DNA of 64,000 nucleotides from Octopus bimaculoides (GCF_001194135.2 NC_069005.1:33798763-33862762); one strand, 5' to 3'. Counted from the stretch's first letter, positions 1-13,438 are shown. A program made the numbers and translations. The notes: a model not told the origin generated them from the letters alone.

Positions 1-914
1 TATAAGACTCTATTTATATATGTAGTTTATATTCGGCTTGTTTATTGCCCGTTTGCAAGTTGCCACACTCAAGTAAATTCGTGAAGTCATGCATATATAT
101 CAAGTACACTCGTTGTAAAGTTTTTATAAGAGACCACTAGACGTGTTAGTTTTCTATTAATTTATTCTGTCTAGTGTGTTTTTGTATGTTTGTTTGTTTA
201 TATATTGATTTGTTAATTTGTTTTTTTTTAATTTCTATTTCGTTTCTTTCTTTCGCTATTAGTTAGTTTGAACAGTGAATGAAGGATAATCCAGGAATTA
301 TATATACATATGTGTGCGTATGTGTGTGTGCGTGTGTGTATGTAGACTCACAAGTCTACATATATATATATTTATACACATGCAATCATGCATACATACA
401 TACATACATACATACATACATGCATACGTACATGCATTCATACATATATATACACATATATCTGTATTAATGTATGTATGTGAATATGTATATACATATA
501 TTTGGAAAATGTATATACAGAAATATGTACATATATAGATATAGATATTTGCATGTGTGTATATAAATACGAGAACACATACACACACACGCGCACACAC
601 TCATATATATATATATATACATATATATATATCCTTGCATATATACATACAAACATACACACACATATTTATATATATATATGTAAAAAAGCGATAAAGG
701 AAGAGAGAAATTGAGAGAGTTAGCCACACATGATTACACCGATCATTCACCGCGCGGGGGTAAACATGATCAGACACATCTAACGAGGTCAAACTAGAAT
801 ATTATTGATACGCAGCACGCACAGATCTTCACACATATACTCACAAACCACATGCACAACACACGCTCATTCACACGTATGTGTGTCTGTGTGTGTATGC
901 GTCTGTTTGTCTTA

Positions 915-950
<36 letters not shown>

Positions 951-1067
951 ATATATATATGTCTATCAATATCACGTATGTTTCAATATACCTATGTTTT
1001 GTACGTACGTACGTATGTATGTATGTATGTATGTATGTATGTATGTATGTATGTATGTATGTATGAT

Positions 1068-1174
1068 TAGTCGCACTGCATGGTACCTTGGCCAAGTGTC
1101 GTCTACTATAGCCTCGGTTCGAACAAAGCATTGTGAGTGGATTTTGTAGACGCAAACTGAAAGAAGTCCGTCGT
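1068..1174 (+). mobile_element. SINE family B, 5'/middle part (tRNA-derived)
   Basis: gcactgcatggtaccttggccaagtgtcgtctactatagcctcgg...ttgtgagtggattttgtagacgcaaactgaaagaag matches the copies at 5.6 kb and 40.3 kb; it runs into (TA)n and a gap. Confidence 0.8.
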
Positions 1175-3053
1175 ACATATATATGTATATATATATATAT
1201 ATNNNNNNNNNNNNNNNNNNNNNNNNNNNNNNNNNNNNNNNNNNNNNNNNNNNNNNNNNNNNNNNNNNNNNNNNNNNNNNNNNNNNNNNNNNNNNNNNNN
1301 NNNNNNNNNNNNNNNNNNNNNNNNNNNNNNNNNNNNNNNNNNNNNNNNNNNNNNNNNNNNNNNNNNNNNNNNNNNNNNNNNNNNNNNNNNNNNNNNNNNN
1401 NNNNNNNNNNNNNNNNNNNNNNNNNNNNNNNNNNNNNNNNNNNNNNNNNNNNNNNNNNNNNNNNNNNNNNNNNNNNNNNNNNNNNNNNNNNNNNNNNNNN
1501 NNNNNNNNNNNNNNNNNNNNNNNNNNNNNNNNNNNNNNNNNNNNNNNNNNNNNNNNNNNNNNNNNNNNNNNNNNNNNNNNNNNNNNNNNNNNNNNNNNNN
1601 NNNNNNNNNNNNNNNNNNNNNNNNNNNNNNNNNNNNNNNNNNNNNNNNNNNNNNNNNNNNNNNNNNNNNNNNNNNNNNNNNNNNNNNNNNNNNNNNNNNN
1701 NNNNNNNNNNNNNNNNNNNNNNNNNNNNNNNNNNNNNNNNNNNNNNNNNNNNNNNNNNNNNNNNNNNNNNNNNNNNNNNNNNNNNNNNNNNNNNNNNNNN
1801 NNNNNNNNNNNNNNNNNNNNNNNNNNNNNNNNNNNNNNNNNNNNNNNNNNNNNNNNNNNNNNNNNNNNNNNNNNNNNNNNNNNNNNNNNNNNNNNNNNNN
1901 NNNNNNNNNNNNNNNNNNNNNNNNNNNNNNNNNNNNNNNNNNNNNNNNNNNNNNNNNNNNNNNNNNNNNNNNNNNNNNNNNNNNNNNNNNNNNNNNNNNN
2001 ATATATGAATGTATGTATATATGTGCACACATATAATTGATGATGTATTAAAAATATCTGAAACAATATTCTGACATCGAGGTGAATGTATTTGAAATAT
2101 TTTCATATTTGTAGGAGTGAAAAAGACAAATAGTTAGACAGAAAGATACAAAAGATAGACACATAGATGCATTGATAGATAGATAAAAAGACAGAGAGAT
2201 ACACAAATAGATAGATCGATAGATAGATAGAGATAGAAAGAAAGATAAATAGAGAGAGAGAGAGAGATGTCGAAAGAGATACAGAAACAGTTTGTGTCAG
2301 AGAAGGAGAGAGAGGGAGAAAGACAGCGATCACGTGGTACAAAACAAACAAATTGGATGACATATTTGTGATGAGGACTGTAAAATTTATATTTCCACTG
2401 TAAACCTCAGCAATTCATAATTTCTAAGGGAGGAAACGACGCCATATTTTCACACTGTGTCACCTCTATGGTAATTCTTTCATTATATTCTTATATTCTG
2501 TTATTCTGTCACTGGTGCTGGAGTACGGCCATACTGTGGCTCCATTTTTAACGGAATTCAAATCGTGTATATCGATTTTGCTAGGATTTATAACAATGCG
2601 GTAGGATATAGCATGCGAAATGGATATCATCATAACCAGTGATAATAGAGTAAAATGGGTTCGAAGCAAGTCGACTACTACGGAAACTTCGAACTCATTG
2701 TCAAACACTTCCTGGCTTAATCTAGTACTTAACTGTATGTAGTGATTGCACAAATAAAACACACACAATAATATCTATCTGTCTATGTTATGCCATGTAT
2801 GTATGTATGTATGTATGTATATATGTATGTATGTATGTATGTATCTGTCTGTCTGTCTGTCTATCTATCTATGTTTATGTTTCTTTTCATGTTTAGTTAT
2901 AATAAACCAATTTTACATTAATCTGAGTAGTTACTCTACAGTTTTGTACTCAATAAGTTTCTTCTCAAACATGAAAAATGTTGACTGTGACTTCGAAGTT
3001 TCAGCCAGTTAACCCATCAAGTCACTGTTAACACCTGTTTAAAAGTAACCCCA

Positions 3054-3144
<91 letters not shown>

Positions 3145-3716
3145 CACATACACACACACAGACTAGAGCAACCACACGCGCAAATACGCTCAAAGCGCAA
3201 AAATATCCTCAAATTGGTATGTTTCGTGCCATTAGTCTGTAGTCTGGTAGTCTAGATGCTCGATAAATCGCTTTTCCCCGCACAAAAACGTCATTCTCTC
3301 ACAGAAAACATATCTCTGCTCATTTTGTACACATATGTACACGCACCCATATTTGCACACACATACACACGCTTTTGCACATTCACACACACACACACCT
3401 ACATATATATGTATTTATGTATATATGTGTGTGTGTAAATGTACATAATGCATACGTATATACATACATACGTACATACATGCATACATGCATATGTACA
3501 TACGTATATACATGCATATATACATACGTATATGCATGCATACATACATACATACAATGCAATTGAAGGAACTAGATGCATTTCAATGTCACATGCTGCC
3601 TATTTATGCACCAGAACCACGTGTCAGGCTGAGATTTGGAGTAAATGCGTTGTATATAAATCTGTAATAAACAACATTTTGGAGATGTACAATTCGCCAT
3701 TCTTATTTTCAATGTC

Positions 3717-3764
<48 letters not shown>

Positions 3765-3940
3765 TCACACATGCACACACACGCTCACACAAGTATATGC
3801 CGGTGCAAGTTCTCGTGCGCGTTCGTGTGTGTGTGTGTGTGTGTGAAGAAGTAATTGCATGTGACTGGAAATTTAAATCATTAACTCAAAGTCGTCAATG
3901 AAATAATGACCTCTGATTACCGATCCCCCCCACCTCAAGC

Positions 3941-3942
<2 letters not shown>

Positions 3943-3995
<53 letters not shown>

Positions 3996-4011
3996 CACTA
4001 CCACCACCACC

Positions 4012-4077
<66 letters not shown>

Positions 4078-4460
4078 GCTGCTGCTGCTGCTGCTTGTTC
4101 GTTCTAGTTCTTGTTCTTCTTCTTGTTCTTCTTCTTCTTCTTCTTCTTCTTCTTCTTCTTGTTCTTCTTCTTCTTGTTCTTCTTCTTCTTCTTCTTCTTC
4201 TTCTTCTTCTTCTTCTTCTTCTTCTTCTTCTTCTTCCACGGTTTGATGTTGCTAGCGATGGTAATGATTGTGACGATGTTGATAGACATGGATGTGTTGA
4301 TGATGATGATGATGATAATGATGATGACAGTGACGACTGTGCTGTTGTTGCTGATGCTGTTGGCAGTAATGGTCTTGGTGGTGGTGGTGGTGGTGGTGGT
4401 AGTGGTGGTGGTCGGCTTCGTCTTGGTGGCAGCGTTGTTGAAGAAGAAGAAGAAGAAGAA
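3943..4460. repeat. Compound trinucleotide microsatellite (TAC/CAC/TGC/TTC/GAT/GGT/GAA)
   Basis: Consecutive triplet blocks read directly from the sequence. Confidence 0.95.
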
Positions 4461-5339
4461 GACGGATGTGGAGTAATGTTCAGCGTGCCTGACACGAACT
4501 CATTACCTACCTCACGAGAGAGAAATACTGACGTGGTAATTATCTTAAATTGAAACGACTGTTGAAGACATTGCACAAATTACACCATCCCCTTCCTCCT
4601 CCTCTTCCTCCGACTTTTCCTTCAGGAGACGNNNNNNNNNNNNNNNNNNNNNNNNNNNNNNNNNNNNNNNNNNNNNNNNNNNNNNNNNNNNNNNNNNNNN
4701 NNNNNNNNNNNNNNNNNNNNNNNNNNNNNNNNNNNNNNNNNNNNNNNNNNNNNNNNNNNNNNNNNNNNNNNNNNNNNNNNNNNNNNNNNNNNNNNNNNNN
4801 NNNNNNNNNNNNNNNNNNNNNNNNNNNNNNNNNNNNNNNNNNNNNNNTTTAAAAGGGAGGACACATACCGGATAATCTGGATTTCGATTCCTCCTGGCAC
4901 AGAGGAGAAAGACGAGTTGGTCACGACTGGAATGCCTTTCATCATCAGCCTGATCAATTACGGTTGACTATCTCTTCTTCTTCTTCTTCTTCTTCTTCTT
5001 CTTCTTCTTCTTCTTCTTCTTCTTCTTCTTCTCCTTTTTCTTCTTCTTTTTCTTCTTGCAGTCGTCCCCTTTGCTCCTTTTCTATTCTTCATCTTTAAAC
5101 TCCCTCCTACCCAACATACAACCACCACCCAAATCAACCCCCTCCACCCACCACCTCAATCAATCTGCACCCCTCCCACCACTCTCTCATTAGCAATTAC
5201 TCCCTCTGTCTCCCTCATCCCATCTCTATGATTCACTTCTGATGATTTCGTGGTCGCAATAAAGACTTCTATCATTGACTTGACACTGATAAGCACTCAA
5301 CGTAACAATCAGTCGATCGATTTATCTCTCTGCTTAGAC

Positions 5340-5387
<48 letters not shown>

Positions 5388-5542
5388 TTGTCTGTCTGTC
5401 CACCTATCTGCTTGCCTATCTATATCTATCTATACATACATACATGTATATGCCTATACATATATATGCACATGCGCATACATATAAATGTGAAATATAT
5501 GTGTGTGTGTGAGTATGTATAAAATATCAACGCTAATACTTT

Positions 5543-6150
5543 GCAGGCATAATTATGTGTGTATACCTGAAAGAAGGTTGCTTCCTGACAACATTGTTCC
5601 GGGTTCAATCCTACTGCATGGCATCTTGGACGAGCAAGTGTCCTCTACTGTAACGTTTTGCCGACCAAAGCCTTGTGAGTGGATTTCGTAGACGGAAACT
5701 GAAAGAACCTTCTTTATAGCCACTACACATTCTTTATTCTCTCTCCTTGTTTCTTTCTGTGTTCCATTCTGAGGAAGAGCGTAAGCTAGAAACGTTAAAG
5801 ACTTTTTCACTTCCCGAGCGTTATACTAATACATCTGCTTGTTGTCTACACCGTCTGTCTTCGTCATTTGTTTTTTTGTGAATTCTCCCCCTATATACAT
5901 ATATATGTGTGTGTGTTTGTGTCTGTGTTTGTCTCCCACCACCGGATGACAACTGGTGTTGGTGTGCCTATGTTGCAGTAACTTAGCGGTTCAGCAAAAG
6001 AGAAATAAATATGCACCAGGCGTAAAAAAAACCCCAACAAAAAGCAATCAGTACAATGGTCGATTCATTCGACTCAAATTTCTTCAAAGCGGTGCTCTAG
6101 CATGGCCGCATTCTAATAACTGAAACAAACAAACGATAAAAGATTAAAAG
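5543..6150 (+). mobile_element. SINE family B, near full length, interrupted at ~5711-5892 by the hammerhead repeat
   Basis: Head with a B-box-like gggttcaatcc (5601-5611) and body ...gacggaaactgaaagaa. After the insert come a (TA)(TG) linker and the 3' half (gtaacttagcggttcagcaaaag...ggtgctctagcatggccgca...tgaaacaa), which matches 27068-27235. Confidence 0.8.
5711..5892 (+). mobile_element. Dispersed ~180 bp repeat with a hammerhead-ribozyme-like motif, copy 1
   Basis: CTGAGGA-A-GAGC-GTAA-GCTA-GAAAC-GTT-AAAGA at 5769-5801; flanks align by eye to copies at 15.5, 15.7 and 46.7 kb. Confidence 0.75.
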
Positions 6151-6864
6151 AAAAAAACAGTTGACACAGGACTACATCGAATCCAATGTCCTGATGGCAT
6201 TCCTTCCCTTTATTTGTTAAAGGTTGTCGGCTGCTACTTCTAGCACGTCGGCAGACGACATAAAACTCTACCGTTTGCTAACCTGATTCATCCCAACCTC
6301 TCCCTAACCCCCACTGGTAACTGTACTTAGATGTCTTCATTTACAGTTCAATATTTTATTCATTTCGGTGTTGTTGTAGTTGAAGCTATTTTGTGGTTTG
6401 GGAATCAATAAAATGGCGGAGATACAAACCATGGCCGTTAAAAGCTGATGCATTCTGTTTTATGACATAAAATTAAGATGCTTTTTCCTTCGAACTTCTA
6501 AGAATGGTTTGGGTATGTTTTTGTTTATTTTCGTTATATATTTAATACCGGGTATAGGGTACATCAGTAGTTTGTACTTAAATCCTCCGTACAAATTAGG
6601 AGTTAATCATAAAATTTCCATCTCTCGTTGTGTTACGACGCTAACACACCAACACCATCGCCACCACCACCACTACCGCCACCACCGCCGCCGCTGCTGC
6701 CGCAAGCAACAACAGGGCCGTCATTATTTGTTCTAATGTCGCAACCAATTATTAACAACACAATAGAAACAGGATTAACATCTCTAAGCTACCAACTGGT
6801 AGACATAAAACCGTTGTTCCATCGTAAAAAAAAATGGCATTTACTGGGTCGCTGTCCCTTAAGT

Positions 6865-6987
6865 CTCATATGGCTTCGTAGTGAAGATGCTTGCTTTGTA
6901 GCCATGTCGTTCCGAGTTGGATCCCACCGAGAAAAAGCTTGGGCAAGTGACTTCGACAACAACAGCTTCGGGTCGATCAATGCTTGT
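6865..6987 (+). mobile_element. SINE family B head, diverged
   Basis: tggcttcgtagtgaagatgcttgc...gcttgggcaagtgacttc...cttcgggtcgatcaatgcttgt aligns to the family B 5' part. Confidence 0.6.
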
Positions 6988-7143
6988 CTTCTTCACGTTC
7001 TGAGTTCGAATTCCGACGAGGTCGACTTTGTCTTTCATCGTTTCAGAGTCGATAAATTAAGTACCAGTTGAGTACTGGTGTCGATGTAATCGACTGGCCC
7101 CCTCCCCCCAAATTCAGGCATTGGGTATACAGTAGAAAGGATT
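6988..7143 (+). mobile_element. SINE family A, 5'-truncated
   Basis: acgttctgagttcgaattccgacgaggtcgactttg...gtaccagttgagtactggtgtcgatgtaatcgac, nearly identical to the adjacent copy. Confidence 0.85.
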
Positions 7144-7146
7144 AAA

Positions 7147-7335
7147 GGCGGAGAACTGGCAGAGTCGTTAACACGCCGGGGAAATGCTTTACGGTATTTC
7201 GTCTGCCGTTACGTTCTGAGTTCAAATTTCGCTGAGGTCGACTTTGCCTTTCATCCTTTCGGGGCCGATAAATGAAGTACCAGTCAAGTACTGGGATCGA
7301 TTTAATCGACTATCCACCTCCCCTCAAATTACAGG
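7147..7335 (+). mobile_element. SINE family A, near full length (tRNA-derived)
   Basis: ggcggagaactggcagagtcgttaacacgccggg head, gttctgagttcaaatt B-box-like motif, body gtcgactttgcctttcatcctttcgggg. At least six further copies lie in the window. Confidence 0.88.
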
Positions 7336-7736
7336 ACGAGTCTACACGGATTTTCTAAATCAATCCTCGTGCTTGGTCCTGATTGAGTAGATCTATGACC
7401 AGAGACACTCTAGCCATGGCCATCACCCTTTACCCACGAATTAAAATACACCTTTGACTCCGAGGTGGTGATGGTGGTGCTGATCAGGGTGATCGCGGAA
7501 ATGGTAGAGAACGTCGCGATGGTGGTGGTTGTGGTGGCGGCGACGAGCGTGATAAGGATAGTAGCGGCGGTGATGGTGGTGGTGTCGAAAGTGGTGATGA
7601 CTGTGATAGTTGTGATGGTGATGCCGATGCCAATGATGCCGAAGGCAGTTGCTGCACGTAGTAAAGATGGTCACGACCGTAGCGCTGGAGACGTCGACAA
7701 CGATGATGATGGTGCTGGTGATTGTGCTGGTAATTG

Positions 7737-7767
<31 letters not shown>

Positions 7768-7873
7768 GATTGTAGCGATCATTGTCTAAACTGTCGGTGA
7801 ATGAGGAGCGCGTCTATAGAATAAGTGTCTTATTACTGTCATATAGTGGAGCATTTGCAGAGAGGGAGAGAGA

Positions 7874-7908
<35 letters not shown>

Positions 7909-8005
7909 NNNNNNNNNNATTGCTGACAGAAAAAAATTAATCACTATCAAACATGCCAATTTCCAAATTGGGCCGTAATTATGGCTTTTCACATGTGGCC
8001 ACACA

Positions 8006-8048
<43 letters not shown>

Positions 8049-8832
8049 GCACGCGTACACATATTGAAACAGAGCTACATTCGTACACATGTATTTGTGA
8101 GTGTCTTAGTGTCGCTATGAATGTGTGTGTGCGTGTATGTGTGTGTGTGTATATATTATATGTATTTGTATGTGCGAGGGTGTGGGTATGTGTATATACA
8201 TATATGTGTATTTATGAGTGTACTCACGTGTAGTTATATATACGTGTACGTGTTCATACGTGTCTTTCGTAAGTTTGCTTTGTAATTATTAGAATTAGTC
8301 CGCCGAAAAAGTTATCTGGTTTCTAACAAAGACTGGCAACTCCATAGATGGATAACAGAAGTGGGAATGAGAGACATGCTAAAGACTTAGAAAAGTCTTG
8401 TATATCCGTACTGTTCCGCTTACTACCGACTATGTTAGAAAGAGCGTATTATATTTATGTATGCGTGTCGTCCTCTCTACTCTTTACATGAATATGATAT
8501 ATATATATATATATATANNNNNNNNNNNNNNNNNNNNNNNNNNNNNNNNNNNNNNNNNNNNNNNNNNNNNNNNNNNNNNNNNNNNNNNNNNNNNNNNNNN
8601 NNNNNNNNNNNNNNNNNNNNNNNNNNNNNNNNNNNNNNNNNNNNNNNNNNNNNNNNNNNNNNNNNNNNNNNNNNNNNNNNNNNNNNNNNNNNNNNNNNNN
8701 NNNNNNNNNNNNNNNNNNNNNNNNNNNNNNNNNNNNNNNNNNNNNNNNNNNNNNNNNNNNNNNNNNNNNNNNNNNNNNNNNNNNNNNNNNNNNNNNNNNN
8801 NNNNNNNNTATATATATATATATATTCACATA

Positions 8833-9412
8833 CAGTTGTAGATTGGGAGAGGGGGGTGCACATGACCGGGATGGATGGAGGAATAAGAGTGCAACAACGG
8901 GGTTGTTTGAGGTTTGAAAGAGAGAAAATGAAGCACGAAAAGATTCAGGGAAGGCTTAGAAGGAATGGACCTGCGGAAAATGAGGCAGTGTTGCTTTTTG
9001 TGTGTGGGATGTGTGGGAAGAGGTGCTTGAGTCGTGCGGTCCTGGTCAGCCATCAGAGAACTCACAGGAATCGAGCCATGCTAAATTGTGATATGGTTAT
9101 TGTTCACAACAGAATATATGCAACACGTGGAAAGGTGTGCCTCTTAGTTGGAGGATTGAAAAGGCGTGTCAAGAGAATTCATAGTGTGGCACCTGTTCCC
9201 TTCGCCAGCCAGCACTACTATGCATTATGCAATAGAATGGGCAAATCTTTGGCCGGGCTCAAGAGTCACACACGTACCTCACGTTGCATCAACAGTGAAC
9301 AATGATACTTTCTAGCAATTGTTTTGCTCATATACGACAAAGCAGCTAAAATGCATGTATGTATGTATGTATGTATGTATGTATGTATGTATGTATGTAT
9401 GTATGTATGTAT
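8833..9412 (+). mobile_element. 5'-truncated RTE-clade LINE, 3' end with C-terminal C2H2 fingers and a (TATG)n tail; frameshifted
   Basis: DWER-x-AHDRDGWR...G..RFE (split over two frames at a G-run) matches the RTE WExxAxDRxxWR...FE pattern. It is followed by CGMCGKRCLSRAVLVSHQRTH (9003-9065) and two decayed fingers, stop at 9303-9305, a short UTR and a tandem-repeat tail. Confidence 0.82.
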
Positions 9413-10108
9413 ATAAAATTCTACCGAAACAGCTGTTGTGAATTTCAAACTCCATTTGTGGTTAATTTTTATATCTACGCCACAACAAAGACAAAGTTTG
9501 CAGTCAGATCTATGGTTTAAATTCGATTTGATACTTGCATATCTACACTATCCCAACAACACTTAATACCTTCAGTGATGTTTACCTCACTTTGAGCTTT
9601 ATGTTATCGAACCTAACCATATCTGGCCTCCTACGAGTTGATGTGCCGTGATTCTAATGAATTCTTACAGCTAAGCCATACAAACACATATATATCTGTA
9701 TATAAGTGCACACACACAAACACGCTAACACACACACACACACACATATTATGTTTTATAACTCCGAGTTTCTCTACTATTATTGATATATATTTGTCGA
9801 GTACATTATATAAAGTTTGCATGAAAATATTCTGGAAGTAATAGCAGAATATTGATTTCTGTTAGACAAACACACACAAGTAGATATATGTGTGTACGTA
9901 TGTGCGTTTGTGTGTGTTTACTTGCTTATGTGTTTGTGTGTTTGTGTGTCTGTGTGTTCAGCAGACACGGTGAGCGTCTCTGTATTATGCTCTTTAATTA
10001 TGTCCTCTTCATATAATAAAATATCATCTCATAGATTTCTGATACTTTTATGACTTCGAAGCACTCGGTACGACGGGATATGGCCGTCTTTATCTCTACG
10101 ACGTCGTT

Positions 10109-10163
<55 letters not shown>

Positions 10164-10440
10164 GATAAGCAGGATTCTCTTCAGTAGATACGTGTAAGTA
10201 TCACCAAACCATTGTATTCATAAACCAGATAAGTTTTGTTGGACAGAATGACATTCCCAAAGCATATTTATGAATCAATATCCATCTGATCTGTAAAAGC
10301 ACAACAAAACACCTAGTGACGTTAGATAGAGACGTTCGAAGTAAAGGGGAGGTAATTGCATATAAGTAAGATTTCCTCCCTCAGAAAATTCAGTTTTTAG
10401 TTTAGATTAAGAATATAAGCCTCATTCGCATGTAAGGTGT

Positions 10441-10490
10441 CATCGACGGACATGTTTCGATCTTATCGCTGCTCATCAGCGAGCGGAGAA
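10441..10490 (-). ncRNA. Minimal type I hammerhead ribozyme motif
   Basis: The minus strand reads CTCG-CTGATGA-G(CAGCGATAAGAT)C-GAAAC-AT-GTC-CG: intact CUGAUGA/GAAA/GUC core, G10.1-C11.1 pair and palindromic helix III (ACAUGU). Helix I is weak. Confidence 0.5.
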
Positions 10491-10637
10491 AAGTGCTTTC
10501 TAATCTCAGTGACTTTCACCAGAAGAAAACTAATAGTTTGGTTTTCTACAGAATAGTTAGTTTAATTTTAAAACGAGTGTTTTAAGCAGTAGCAGCATGG
10601 TGGTGTGTAAGGTGGTGGGTGGCTGAGAGAGTGACTG

Positions 10638-10640
<3 letters not shown>

Positions 10641-10722
<82 letters not shown>
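10641..10722. repeat. (GA)n microsatellite
   Basis: Read directly from the sequence. Confidence 0.95.
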
Positions 10723-11156
10723 TAGAAAGATTAAGAGAAAGAGAGAAAGACGGGCACCTGTAGGGTTTCGATGTTACTATTTTAGTTAAGAGAAAAACAT
10801 GCAAATGTCGACCATGAAGGAATTGAACACAGAAAGCGATCAGACCATCTGTTCATCTTTTCACTCATCTATATATACATATAAACGTATGTATGCGGGT
10901 GTACATACGCGCATGTGTGTGTGTGTGTGTCTCTCTCTCTATATGTTTGTATGTATGTATGTATGTATGTATGTATGTACGTAGGTGTGTATGTGTATGT
11001 GTGCGTGTGTGTGTGTGTTCGTTACTACACATTCACGTTACCACTTGAAGTAAGAGTGAAAGAGAAAGAGAGATTCTCATTTATTAAATTAATGACTCTT
11101 AGCGGATGAATTCTGCTTCTTTGTCATAAGAATTCATTTGAGATACTTTTAGACGG

Positions 11157-11169
11157 ACACACACACGGC

Positions 11170-11205
<36 letters not shown>

Positions 11206-11264
11206 CACACACATACACACGCACACACACACACATACACACACACACACGCACACACGCACAC

Positions 11265-11330
<66 letters not shown>
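11157..11330. repeat. (CA)n microsatellite, interrupted
   Basis: Read directly from the sequence. Confidence 0.95.
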
Positions 11331-11333
<3 letters not shown>

Positions 11334-12902
11334 GGGCTGCATCTTGGTTAGTTTTCTTATGGTGATCAGTTCTGGTCTCCTGGGTTTTCTCTCGAATTAT
11401 CAAAACTGCAATTCGACTGATAATGACTGTTATTTGAAAATATTTAGCGTGTTTTCCGTACATCATTTTCGGCAGCTAATCAATGCTTTGGATTTATTGA
11501 AAGAAAAATCCATGAATAATTATCCCATATTTGTTTTCGTCATTATGTGTGGGTGCTCTATGTGTCTTTATTCGTCATTATGTGTATGTGTGTGTGTATA
11601 TATGTGTGTGATGTAGCAGGAGGATTCTATTTAATACAATAATGTTGTAATCTAGTATTTGTCCCCGTTCTCTATGGAAATTTAATGCAACATCAGCAAA
11701 TAGTAAGTGCATAATAAGCCGCCGGTATTGTATAGTTGTCGAATGTCCAATTTTATATTTGATAAGATTTACACGGATGAAATATAGAAGGGTGATATTG
11801 GTTTGTTCAATGTGTATGTAACTGTTGTTGTAGGTGTTGTTGTTTAAAGTCTTTTCCTCCGGCTAATATTTAAAACTCGATAATCCGGCTCTTAGTAATT
11901 CTTTATAATATCAAGGGCGTGGGGTGTGTTGGGGTCTGTAACTAGTTACAAACCTTCGTATTTCATACAAAGACGGATGTGAAGCTAGAAATCCTATTAA
12001 TAAAACAGAAACTAAATGATCAAACTTTATTTGAATATTTATATAACTTGTGGGTAGGTAGCTGTGTATTTAATGTCATAGGAACACGAAAGACCATATG
12101 AACAAATACATACACAGATGCATATATAAATAAATGTAAATACAATCACACATACACGCACACACACACACACATAAAGGTTAATGTCACGCTTATCAGC
12201 GTTGACTGAAACATAATTATGTACGAATCTTATTTAATATGTACTTGTGCATTCGGACATGGAAAGACGCTACGCTGCGAGATGTCTCTTGGGAAGAAAT
12301 TCTCCTTATAATGTGTTTATACGCATAATTTCTGTAAATGTAATGGAATTTTCCAGCTCTCAGAATGTACTACTTCCTACTGCGAAAACATTGAAGATTA
12401 AATTGAATGGATTTGATCATACATTGGGGCAGATTATTACAGGTTTCGNNNNNNNNNNNNNNNNNNNNNNNNNNNNNNNNNNNNNNNNNNNNNNNNNNNN
12501 NNNNNNNNNNNNNNNNNNNNNNNNNNNNNNNNNNNNNNNNNNNNNNNNNNNNNNNNNNNNNNNNNNNNNNNNNNNNNNNNNNNNNNNNNNNNNNNNNNNN
12601 NNNNNNNNNNNNNNNNNNNNNNNNNNNNNNNNNNNNNNNNNNNNNNNNNNNNNNNNNNNNNNNNNNNNNNNNNNNNNNNNNNNNNNNNNNNNNNNNNNNN
12701 NNNNNNNNNNNNNNNNNNNNNNNNNNNNNNNNNNNNNNNNNNNNNNNNNNNNNNNNNNNNNNNNNNNNNNNNNNNNNNNNNNNNNNNNNNNNNNNNNNNN
12801 NNNNNNNNNNNNNNNNNNNNNNNNNNNNNNNNNNNNNNNNNNNNNNNNNNNNNNNNNNNNNNNNNNNNNNNNNNNNNNNNNNNNNNNNNNNNNNNNNNNN
12901 NN

Positions 12903-12965
<63 letters not shown>

Positions 12966-13390
12966 TACACATACATTATGTCTCATTCGCATATATATAA
13001 CCGTACACATACGTTTGTACTGAGAGACATGTATACATATAACCAAAACGCTGCCGCACACAGAAACACTACTCCACAACATATATATCAATAATTATAC
13101 ACACACATACAAATAATCCCAGAGCCACTGATATACACACACATAAACTGCAGTTACAAGACACATCTATCTCTCTTTTATGTTGGAATACATATCAGTG
13201 AACAAGACAGGAAATTTAGAATTATTCAAGATTACGTGGTATATATGGATTATGGAGATTAAATGGATCAGGAGGGATTATGTGGATTAAGATGACCATG
13301 TTGGATTAATAACAATATGAATGATTATCGATATGAATTATTAATGAATATACAAGTATATGTATATTATGGATATGTATATACAAATAG

Positions 13391-13438
<48 letters not shown>

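Noticed and set aside
11937-11950. Perfect 14-bp palindrome TGTAACTAGTTACA
   Set aside because: Isolated; a few such palindromes are expected by chance in AT-rich DNA.
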